64,000 bases of DNA from Squalus acanthias (Eukaryota): the NCBI GenBank assembly GCA_030390025.1, contig CM059431.1, forward strand, positions 96,288,001-96,352,000. Direction: 5' to 3'. The notes below the pieces were generated by a model that saw only the letters and a program-made list of their open reading frames with translations, was not told the DNA's origin and made no database searches. This document shows positions 40,501 through 52,200 of the stretch, in pieces (the stretch's first letter is position 1; the number at the start of each line of letters is the position of its first letter). The position numbers and the translations under genes were made by a program.

Positions 40501-40659
40501 CAACAAAAAAAGCTGTGAGGTGATAAACTACAAAAAGCAAGCTCTTAATATTAGCCGTCAAAAAAAAATTGCAGGGCTGAAATTTAAAACCTCCATTTCA
40601 CAGTGTTGGTATGAAGTTACCTGCCCAATTCACCCAATGGCAATGATGCTACATTATAA

Positions 40660-40875
40660 ACTCCCCTGCTCTTCTTCAAATAGTGCCATGGGATCATTTG
40701 CATTCAACTAAGGCGACAGAGAGGGCCTCAGTTTAACCTCTCTTTTGTAAGACGGCACCTGACTGTGCAGCACTCCCTCAGTATTGCACTGAAGTGTTAG
40801 CTTATATTAGGTGTTCATAGCTCTGTTGTGGGGCTTGAACCCACAACCTTCTGAGCAAGAGAGTGAGCCAAAGCT
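40660..40875 (-). mobile_element. Deu-domain SINE fragment
   Basis: CTTCAAATAGTGCCATGGGATC..AAGACGGCACC..GGGCTTGAACCCACAACCTTCTGA. Confidence 0.72.
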
Positions 40876-41264
40876 AACACTTAATAACTGCTAGATTTAT
40901 AAAGCGCTGCTCTTGCAGAAGGGGGAGAGATGGACAACAAACAGGAAGTGAAGGAAATCAGGTAGGAAAGCCAAAGGCATGATCAAAAGAATAAGGTACC
41001 CGAGAGAAGTAGCAAGGTAAAGGAGTTTTGGAAGAGGATTCCAGTGGTTGAACGATCAGGTACCAATGGCAAAGCACAGGAGATGAGAAGCAAACAGCAT
41101 CAGAGGAGTGGTGGGTGTGGGCTGGGATACACAGAAGGAGAAGGTTTCCCATTAATGGCAGAGTGATGCCATGGAGGGATCAGAAAATAAGCAGAAGAAT
41201 CTCGAGTTTGATTCACTGGAGCACAGGAAGTCAGTGGATGGGAGTGATGGGCGTGTGCCACTTT

Positions 41265-43087
41265 GTGCACAAAAGTAAAGGAAAGGGTTGATGACGGTAT
41301 TGCAGTTGATGTGTATATAGACTATTAAAAGGCATTTGATAAAGTGCCACGAAATAGACTGGAGCCCATGGGATTAAAGGGGCAGTCGCAGCGGGGAAAT
41401 GCAATTGGCTAAGGGACAGAAAGCAGAGAGTAGTGTTGAACAATTGTTTTTCAGACTGGAGGGAAGTATACAGTGGTGTCCCCTAGGGGTCAGAATTAGG
41501 ACCACTGCTCTTTTTGATATATATTACTGACGTGGACTTGGGTACACAGGGCATAATTTCAAAGCTTGCAGATGACATGAAACTCAGATGTAGCAAACAG
41601 TGAGGGCAATAGTAATGGAAGGAACAATGAGGTGGGTGCAGGAACCTGGGGGTTTAAGTACAAAATCCTTGAAGATGGCAGGACAAGTTGATAAGGCTGT
41701 TAAGAAAGTATACAGGATCCTTGGCTTTATAAATAGAGACATAAAGTACAAAAGCATGGAAATTATTCTAAACCTTTATAAATCACTGGTAATGCCTCAG
41801 CGGGAGTATTGTGTCCCATTTTGGGAACCACACTTCAGGAAGGATGTCAAGGCCTTGGAGAGGATGCAGAGGAGATTTACTAGAATGGTACGAGGGATGA
41901 GGGACTTCAGTTATGTGGAGAGACTATAGAAGCTGGGACTGTTCTCCTTAGAGCAGAGAAGGTCAAGGGGAGATTTATTAGGGGTGTTCAAATGATGAGA
42001 GTTAATGATAGTTTCTCCTTATTTACTCTGTCAGTAACCAATGGACACAGATTTAAGGTAATTGGCAAAAGAGCCAGGAGGTGGGATGAGGAGAATTTTT
42101 TTCACTCTGCAAGTTGTGGAGAGTACAGAGAGTAGGAATAAATGGGACTTTTTCGGGTTGGCAGGCTGTAACTAGTGGGGTACCGCAAGGATCAGTGCTT
42201 GGGCCTCAGCTATTTACAATCTATATTAATGACTTAGATGAAGGGACTGAGTATAATGTATCCAAGTTTGCTGATGATACAAAGTTAGGTGGGTAAGTAA
42301 GCTATGAGGTGGATGAAAAGTGGCTGCAGAGAGATATAGACAGGTTGACTGAATAGGCAAGAACATGGCAAATGGAATACAATGTGGGGAAGTGTGAAGT
42401 TATCCACTTGGTAGGAAAAACAAAAAAACAGAATATTTTTTGAATGGTGAGAGACTGGGAAATGTTTGCATTCAGAGGGACCTGGGTGTCCTTGTACATG
42501 AATCACAAAAAGTTAACATGCAGGTACAGCAAGCAATTAGGAAGGAAAATGGTATGTTAGCTTTTGTTACAAAGGGATTAGAGTATAAAGTAAAGAAGTC
42601 TTACTACAATTATATAGGGCATTGGTGAGGCCACACCTGGAGTACTGTGGACAGTTCTGGCCTCCTTACCTAAGGAAAGACATACTTGCCTTAGAGAGTG
42701 CAACGAAGCTTCACTAGAGTGGTTTCTGGGATGAGGGGATTGCCCTATGAGGAGAGATTGAGTAGACTAGGCCTATATTCCTTAGAGTTTAGAAGAATGA
42801 GAGGTGATCTAATTAAAACATATAAAATTCTTAAGGGGCTTGACAGGGTTAATGCTGCTATTTCTTATATTCTTATGTTCTAATCTGGAATGCACTGCTT
42901 GAAAGAGTGGTGGAAGCAGATTCAATAGTTACTTTTAAAAGGGAATAGGATATATATTTGAATGGGAAAAAATTGCAGGGCTATGGGGAAAGAGCAGGGG
43001 AATGGAACTAATTGGATCGTTCTTTGAAAGAGCCGGCACAGGCATGCTGGGCCGAATGGCCTTCCTCTGTGCTGTATGATTCTATGA
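41265..43087 (+). mobile_element. Degenerate CR1 with a second CR1 fragment nested at ~42115-42880
   Basis: Two successive RT C-terminal regions, each ending in a CR1 tail (CTTATGTTC ~42880, GATTCTATGA ~43087). Confidence 0.85.
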
Positions 43088-43400
43088 AAATACCTTTGCA
43101 GCTACCAAAGTGGAGAGACTTCCACCCCTCGAATTGGGCTAAAGTTCACCTACATTCCAAAAAGTAAAATGACTATCTTCTAACCCAGGCTTGTCCAATT
43201 TGTGGTCCCCAACCCCATGCAACCTGGCTCTCAAAACCTAGACAGCGCAGTCCTATTTTTGGTTGTATTTGTTACTCGCTGGTTTGCCTAGTTTGAATTG
43301 TGCAGTTCTGGAAGTTTGGAAAGGGTTGTTCTTAGCATTGTTGCCTTATTGGTAGATAAATTTGCAATTGGAACACCAAACTCTGTTAGCATCAGCAGCT

Positions 43401-44730
43401 TATAGGAACAGGAGTAGGCCATTGAGCCCCTAGAGCCTGTTCCACCATTCAATGAGATCATGGCTGATCTGTGACCTAACTCCATTTACCTGCCTTTGGC
43501 CCATATCCCTTAATACCTTTGGTTAACAAAAATCTATCAATCTCAGATTTAAAATTAACAATTGATCTAGCATCAATTGCAGTTTGCGGAAGAGAGTTCC
43601 AAACTTCTACCACCCTGTGTGTAGAAGTGTTTCCTAATTTCACTCCTAAAATGTCTGGCTCTAATTTTTAGACTATGCCCCCTAGTCCTAGAATCCCCAA
43701 CCAGCAGAAATAGTTTTCTCTATCTACCCTATCTGTTCCACTTAATATCTTGAAAACTTCAGTCAGATCACCCCTTAACCTAAATTCTAGGGAATACAAC
43801 CCTAATTTGTGCCATCTCTCCTCGTAACTTAACCCTTGAAGTACAGGTATCATTCTGGTAAACCTACACTGCACTCCCTCCAAGGCCAATATATCCTTCG
43901 TAAGGTGTGGTGCCCAGAACTGCTCACAGTACTCCAGGTGTGGTCTAACCATGGTTTTGTATTGCTGCAGCATAACTTCTACCCCCTTGTATTCTAGTCC
44001 TCTAGATATAAAGGCCTGCATTCCATTAGCTTTTTTGATTATTTTCTGTACCTGTTCATGACATTTTAGTGATCTATGTACCTGAACCCCCAAGTCTCTT
44101 TGGACATCCACTGTTTTTAGCTTATCATTTAGAAAGTACCCTGTTCTATCCTTTTTAGGTCCAAAGTGGATGACCTCACATTTGCTTACATTGAAACATA
44201 GACATAGAAACATAGAAGATAGGAGCAGGAGTAGGCCATTCGGCCCCTCGAGCCTGCTCCGCCATTTAATGAGATCATGGCTGATCATCCAAATTCAGTA
44301 CCCTATCCCTGCTTTCTCCCCATATCCCTTGATCCCTTTAGCCTTAAGAAATATATCTAACTCCTTCTTGAATATATTTAATGAATTGGCCTCAACTGCC
44401 TTCTGTGGTAGAGAATTCCACAGGTTCACCACTCTCTGGGTGAAGAAATTCCTCCTCATCTCAGTCCTAAATGGCTTACCCCTTATCCTTAGACTGTGAT
44501 CCCTGGTTCTGGACTCCCCCGCCATCAGGAACATCCTTCCTGCATCTAGTCTGTCTAGTCCTGTTAGAATTTTATAAGTTTCAATGAGATCCCCTCTCAT
44601 TCTTCTAAACTCTAGCGAATACAAGCCCAATCGTCCCAATCTCTCTTCATACATCATTCCTGCCATCCCAGGATGATTGAAATCCATTTGCCACTGTTTT
44701 GCCCATTCACTTAATCTATCAATATCCCTA
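43401..44730 (-). mobile_element. CR1 fragment with nested CR1 (44197-44675)
   Basis: ORFs 43668-44288 and 44295-44687; ATTGAAA TSD at 44190-96 and 44676-82. Confidence 0.9.
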
Positions 44731-44769
44731 TGGTATGAGAATTAACGGGAACAGGAATCTAAACTTTAT

Positions 44770-45501
44770 GGCCCAGATATTCAGGTCCCCATGGGTGTAC
44801 TCACCCGTAGGGCCACCAGAAGTGCCAGTTTCGCGCATGCACTGCGCATGCATGGGAAACCGGAACTTCCGGTCTCTTGAAGGAAGGGGTTTGCGGGTCA
44901 ACCGCGTGCGCAGGAGAGGCAGCGCGTAGACCTGGAACTTCCGCTTTTTTTTTTAAAACAGGTTTCTCCGTGCAGGTAAGTCCCTAGCAGCTGCGCGTGG
45001 AAAAAGCAGGTGCAAGGCCTGCTTTTAACAAGGTAAGAGGTGAATTAAGTAAAATTGAAACATTTTTTCCACAGGTTTATCATTTTTAAATACTTTAAAG
45101 AAAGGTAAGCTTATTTTTAGCCCCGTTAAAAACTTTAATACATTTTTTCAAAAATTAAAATTTTTGTGTAAAATAGTTAATTTAAAAACGTGATTTTTAA
45201 AAAAAAAATTATTTGAAGTTTTACTTAGGTTTTGGGGCTGATCTCTATTCATAGATTTGACAGGTCTTCCTGTCAAATCTATGAATGGAGATTCCCTGCT
45301 CCGATTGGCTCCCCATGGACCACGTGATCCCAGCTGCGAACTAGTTGCGCCGCTGGGATACGCGAGCACTGCGCGCCGGCAGCTGGAGGAGGCCCAGGAT
45401 CAGAATCCCACGCGGGCCCACAGCACAACGGCAGGCGCGCTATGTAAGTGCACCCGCTATGCTTGCACCCGCGGGAAGCCTCCGTCCCGAATTTCTGGGC
45501 C
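44770..45501. mobile_element. MITE, same family as 12786-13539
   Basis: TIRs GGCCCAGATATTC / GAATTTCTGGGCC; shared internal blocks. Confidence 0.82.
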
Positions 45502-45624
45502 ATAGGTGGCCCACGTGGATTTATGACACACACCTATACGGCCCATGAAGAGGAAAGCTGTGAAACCCCTCTCCTGACTCATCGCACCAGCAATTTCCCC
45601 CTAACACAGCATCTTTAATACAAG

Positions 45625-45725
45625 AGCAGTCCTGACGAAAGGTCTTCGACCTGAAACGTTAACTCTGTTTCTCTCTCCACGGATGCTGCCTGGCCTGCTG
45701 AGTTTTTCCAGCGTTTTCTGTTATT
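45625..45725 (+). mobile_element. 101-bp hammerhead-containing retroposed insertion, PLE-derived
   Basis: CTGACGA-A-AGGTC-ttc-GACCT-GAAA-CGTT; 14-bp TSD ATCTTTAATACAAG at 45611-24 and 45726-39. Confidence 0.8.
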
Positions 45726-48098
45726 ATCTTTAATACAAGGCCTGTTTATCCACAACAAAATCACAACTCATTGCTGAATCACACTGCTGAAAGAATGTAA
45801 CTGGATTAAGTTATATCTATTCAGATCAAGGGTTTAAGAGAGTATAAATGCTTGATCTAAACCTTTTCAACACTAGTCCACCATTGTATATTGTTTCTTT
45901 TTATATTGTTTTGCCTGATTATTTTTAATGCAATAACTTTAGATCTGTTTATGGAGAGCTGTAATCCAGACACATACAGCTGAGGCACTCGCATTGCTTA
46001 GATTTAAATAGTATGCCCATGTATGTGTGCACGTCAGAGGTTGCATGCATAGGTATATTAGCGCATCACAAGCACTTCATTTTTTATTTCCAGAGCAGTA
46101 ATCAGAGTCAGTGGGTGGTATAGGATGAGACAGATACTGGGTAGTAAGGGGAAAGCAATAGAGGGGCTAAGGAATGCATCAGACAGTCGCCGAGCATTCA
46201 CAAATTCTCTGCCGATTTATAATGGCAATGCGACTGTATGTCCAAACATCATTGAGGTGGATCTCATTGATACCAAGGTCAATCTGCAACTCACAGAAAT
46301 GGAGGTCAAATTTTAGTATAAACCTAATCTCTGCCAACATAAAAGAGCACATTTTGAACCCTTCAACTTTGTTGTGTAAATTATCTGCATTTGGATGTGT
46401 TAGATAGCATGATGCTGGTTGCTGAATGAAGAGATTGGCAAATGACCAATATGCAGAAATTATTACAAATGTTGAAGAAAAAAATCTGCATTCAGCCTGT
46501 CATTTTCAGTAAAGTTAGTGACAACAATAAATGAAATGAAACCCTGGTTCATCTTTCACATTACAAATTCAGACATTTCTTATTATGAGAAACACCTATT
46601 CCATAAAGTATTGCATTGTGAATTACAATACACTGCTATCTGCTCTAGACTTAAATCTGTTTGTTCGGAATGAGAGTAAGAATGAATCAGTCAAATACAG
46701 CTGGTGTAAGCCTATATCGTGATGCCAGTGCAAATGGGGTTAAAGTCTTGCACAGAACATTTACAAATAAAAAGATTCAAGTCAAAGCCTGGTGGGAAAA
46801 CAATGAACAAGCTACAATAACTAAAAGTTTTGACTATTTCTTTTCAATTCCAAATTCAACAGCACAAAGTATGGTGTGGGTGAGTATCTGATCCATGAGC
46901 AACAACACATTTTTACAGAACAGCTTTAAAAAACTTCAGGATTGTGATAGCTGCGACAAAACTAATTACAAAGGGTCAGGGATTCTCTGTGCCTTAGAAA
47001 TACGAATTCTAAACAAAAAATTAAACTTTTGCCCCATGGCGAATCTATCATGCTAGATCGCAGTTAATTAAAAAAGCTGAACAAAAATTTTCTTACGAGA
47101 AAAGGTATGCTTGGATTACGTGTACTCGCACACATCAAGACTGTCTGAATCCAGCGCAATGTAATCACTACAGCCACTCAAGCAGTCAAAAACAGCACCC
47201 TTCACTGAAAGAATTGTACAATATTCCGAGGCCTGCGAGGGGCCATTGTGTTGCAGCAAATTTACGCAGCCAGACTTTAACGTATATTTTCAAGAGGTCC
47301 AGCTGAAAGAGTCCGCCTCAGCCTTGGGCACCCTGTAGGACATTCAGCAGCATACTGACTGCAGTGATATGTTGTTTAAGGGGGAGTATTTGGCAGTGCA
47401 AACAGTAGGCTATATATAAAGCCAGTCAGTATAGAAACAGTAGACAACCTTTACTAAAGCATTGCTACATAATGGAGACTAAGGACGCTTACCTTCTGTT
47501 CCAATGATTACTTGAGCTTCAATGCTGCTGAGAAAATGAACACAAAGACCCTTTCCGGCAAACTCTCCCCCCTTAACATCAAGACACTAGGACAACATCA
47601 AAGCAATTTGGGGGGAAACACTTTGGGGCCTATTGTCTGGTCTGGACTGATCCTTTCCTCCCCCTCAGGGTGTGAGACATGGTACAGCCCTGCATTCATG
47701 CCAAGCAGCTTTCACACATGGCAAAGAACCTTGTCTCAAGCAATTGCTGACAAGCCACGAACAAGACAGCCTCTGCAGAATGCAAACTCATTCCTGACAG
47801 CTAGCCCAGCTCTTCAATTAGGCTGCAGGCTGCTCAACTGCCATTCAGCTTGCACTACATTGTGTGTGAGGGGGAGGGGCAAAGCTGCTCATCCAGTCAG
47901 TTTGGACCTCAGGACTGTCAAAAGGGACTATTTGAGGGGTAGCCGGAGGGAAAAAAATAATTAAAGGAAGGAATAATTTTAAAGCGCGCAACTATAGATT
48001 CCCACCTCCCAGTTTAAGAGACTAAATTGACTCAGATGAATTGTATGCAACAACTAGGAGGCTGGGGATAGGGCAGAGCCCTGCCTTTTCTAAAGTGA

Positions 48099-48217
48099 GA
48101 AGTCGCACAACACCAGGTTATAGTCGTAATTTTAAATAAAACTGTTGGACTATAACCTGGTGTTGTGCGACTTCTCATTTTTGTCCACCCCAGTCCAACA
48201 CCGGCATCTCCGCATCA
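48099..48217 (+). mobile_element. Miniature Penelope 3'-end insertion with inverted 5' segment
   Basis: Matches PLE tail ~2496-2585; 13-bp TSD TTTTCTAAAGTGA at 48086-98 and 48218-30. Confidence 0.88.
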
Positions 48218-49271
48218 TTTTCTAAAGTGAATTAACAGCACTTATCAAACAGCTTAAATCAAATGAATGATCAGGGTGGAAATCTGGGAACATTTTTGAG
48301 TTCCCAGCTTTTCATTCAGATACAATTGTTGCTTGATAATTGAAGTTGTTTGAATGAAAGGATTTCTTTAAAGGAGCATGAGGTCTCAACTGAAAATCAT
48401 TTCAAAGGTATAGGCTGAACCAAAGTGTGAAAAGGAAAGGACATCAGTGGGGATTTTTAACTGCCAATTCCCCTTGTTATACAATGCTCACTTCCACAAA
48501 TGTGTTTCGATTGCTTCTAAAAACACTAAATGGCATGGGGAGTGTCCCCAATGAGCCAGTGTGTAGATAATTATCAAGCTGAGTAGAATGGGAAATTAAG
48601 AAAGATTCAAGAATTTCAGCAACTCCAGACATCAAATTGGCAGAGGCCCTCCTCGAGTGGAAAAATAAACTGCTAATGTGGCTCCTGGTGGGGGATGGGA
48701 TTCCAATTCCCTTCAGAGGAAACATTTGCACAGTCTAGTTATTCAAGGTGAATATTTAATGAGAATCTGAAAAAATATGAATTAGTTCTTTCGCAGTGCA
48801 TCAAAAACAACCTGTAGCATTCTCTGAACCTTTGTGCTGTTTAGTTCATATTTTAAGTACTCTTAAATTAAACCACTACTGCACCTCCAGAAACAGAACA
48901 AAAATATAGTACACTGAGTATTAATTTAATGCATCCATCTTCCAATCCTCAAAGTCCTTTGTTTCAATAAATGATAAAGTGGGGAGCTGAGCACGACCAA
49001 GCTGCCTCACAGGTAAAATAAAAAAATCAGAGGCACAGGGATTAAAAAGGGTGAACTGTTTCTGTGACAGCCTCAACAAAGCTATCGAAATTACAGCACA
49101 AAATCCAACTCTTCCAAAGTTCTTTCGGCCCCCATCTCAGATGGCCTATTAATATGCACCTTGGCTGATAATGGCTAGGGAGAGAGAAAACCACTCTTTA
49201 GGGATAATTCTCCCAATGCCATTTTTTAGATGTAAGGCTCTAATGCAGTGTCAACACGAGAAGGAAAAATG

Positions 49272-52200
49272 GTTCTATTCAGTTTCCAACTTGTTCCAGT
49301 CCAAATCAAATCCAATATTCAGTTTCCAATCCTTTCCAGTCCAATTCAATACAATATTCAGTTTCCAATGCATTTCAGTCCTGTTCAATCCAATACTCAG
49401 TTTCCAATCTGCTCAATTCCAATTAAATACAATACTCAGTTTCCAATCCGTTCAATTCCAATTCAACCCAATACTCAGTTTCCAATTCGTTCCAGTCCAG
49501 CTGAATCCACTACTCAGTTTTCAATTTGATCCTGTCCAATTCATTGCAATATTCAGTCCCAATCTGTTCCATTCCAATTCAGCCCAGTACTCAGTTTCCA
49601 ATTCATTCCAGTCCAATTCAATCCATTGCTCAGATTCCAAATTGTTCCAGTCCAATTCAATACAATATTAAGCTTCCAATCCATTCCATTCCAATTCAAT
49701 ACAATACTCAGTTTACCATCCGTTCCATTCCAATTCAATTCAATACTCAGTTTCTACTTTGTTCCATTCCAATTCAATCCAATACTCACTTTCCAATCTG
49801 TTCCATTCCAATTCAAGCCAAAACTCAGTTTCCAATTCGTTCCAGTTCAATTCAGTTCACTACTCAGTTTCCAACGGTTCCAGTCAAATTAAATCCAATA
49901 CTCAGGTTCAAATCAATTCCATTCCAAATCCATACAATACTCAGTTTCTAATTTGTTCCAGTCCAATTCAATCGAATACTCAGTTTCCAATTCATTCCAG
50001 TCCAAGTCAATCCAATACTCAGTTTCCATTCCTTTCCAGTCCTATTCAATCCAATACTCAGTTCCCAATCCGTTCCATTCCAATTCAACCTAATACACAG
50101 TTTCCAATTCATTCCAGTCCAAGTCAATCCAATACTCAGTTTCCAATCCGTTCCATTCCAATTCAACCCAATACTCAGTTTCCAATTCGTTCCAGTACAA
50201 TTCAACCCTATGTTCAGTTTCCAAACCTTTCCAGTACAATTCAACCCAATGTTCAGTTTCCAAACCTTTCCAGTACAATTCAACCCAATGTTCAGTTTCC
50301 AAACCTTTCCAGTCCAACTCAATCCAGTACTCAGTTTCCAATCTGTACCATTCCAATTTTGCCAAATACTCAGATTACAATTCATTCCAGTCCAATTAGA
50401 TCCAATACTCAGTTTCCAATTCGTTACATTCCAATTTAATCCACTACTCTGATTCCAATTCATTCCAGTCAAATTCAATCCAATATTCAGTTTCCAATCC
50501 GTTGCAGTACAATTAAATCCAACACTCAGTTTCCAATGTGTTCCAGCCAAATTCAATCCAACACTCAGTTTCCAATCCATTCCATTCCAATTCAATCCAA
50601 TACTCAGTTTCCAATTCGTTCCAGTCCAATTCAATCCAATACTCAGTTTCCCATGCATTCAAGTCCTGTTCAATCCAATACTCAGTTTCCAATCCGCTCC
50701 AATCCAATTCAATTCATTACTCAGTTTCCAATCCGCTCCAATCTAATTCAATCCAATACTCAGTTTCCAATCTGTTCCATTCCAATTTAATCCAATATTC
50801 AGAAACAATTCATTCCAGTCCAATTCAATCCAATACTCAGTTTCCAATCTGTTCCATTCCAATTTAATCCAATATTCAGAAACAATTCATTCCAGTCCAA
50901 TTCAATCCAATACTCAGTTTCCAATACTTTCAAGTCCAATTTAATCCAATATTCAGTGTCCAATTCGTTCCAGTCCAACTCAATCCAATACACAGTTTCC
51001 AATCCATTCCATTCCAATTCAACCCAATACTTAGATCCCAATTCAAACCAGTCCAATTCAATCCAATACTCAGTTTCCAATCCTTTCCAGACCAATTCAA
51101 TCCAACATTCAGTTTACAATGCCTGTTCAATCCAATTCTCAGTTTCAAGTCCGTTCCATTCCAATTCAACCCAATACTCAGTTTCCAATTCGTTCCAGTC
51201 CAATTCAATCCAATATTCAGTTTTCAAACCTTTCCAGTCAATTCAATCCAATACTCAATTTCCAATGCGTTCCAGTCCTGTTCGATCCAATATTCCGTTT
51301 CCAATCCACTCTATTCCAATTCAAAACAATACTCAGTTTCCAATCCGTTCCATTCCAATTCAACCCAATACTCAGTTTGCAATCTGTTCCATTCCAATGT
51401 AATCCAATATTCAGAACTAATTCATTCCAGTCCAATTCAATCCAATACTCAGTTTCCAATCCGTTCCATTCCAATTCAATACAATACAGTTTCCAATCCA
51501 TTCCATTCCAATTCAACCCAATACTTATATCCCAATTCAATCCATTCCAATTCAACCCAATACTTATATCCCAATTCAATCCAGTCCAATTCAATCCAAT
51601 ACTCAGTTTCCAATCCTTTCCAGTCCAATTCAAGCCAACATTCAGTTTCCAATGCATTTCAGTCCTGTTCAATCCAATTCTCAGTTTCAAATCCGCTCCA
51701 TTCCAAGTCAATCCAATACTCAGTTTCCAATTCATTGCAGTCCAACTCAGTCCAGTAGTCTGTTTCCAATCCGTTCCATTCCAATTTAATCCAATACTCA
51801 GATTCCAATTCATTCCAGACAAATTCAATCCAATACTTAGTTTCCAATCCGTTCCAGTACAATTAAATCCAACACTCAGTTTCCAATGCGTTGCAGTCCA
51901 GCTGAATCCAATACTCAGTTTTCTATTTGTTCCTGTCCAATTCATTCCAATACTCAGTTCCCAATCCGTTCCATTCCGATTCAACCCAGTACACAGTTTC
52001 CAAGTCGTTTCAGTCCAATTCAATCCAATGCTCACTTTCCAATCCGTTCCATTCTAATACAAACCAAAACTCAGTTTCCAATTCATTCCAGTTCAATTCA
52101 ATTCACTACTCAGTTTCCAATCGGTTCCAGTCAAATTCAATCCAATACTCAGGTTCAAATCCATTCTATTCCAAATCCATACAATAATCAGTTTCTAATT

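Noticed and set aside
46180..46245. Possible pre-miRNA (ACAGTCGC..GCGACTGT)
   Set aside because: Only about 8 bp of clean pairing and no recognised mature sequence.
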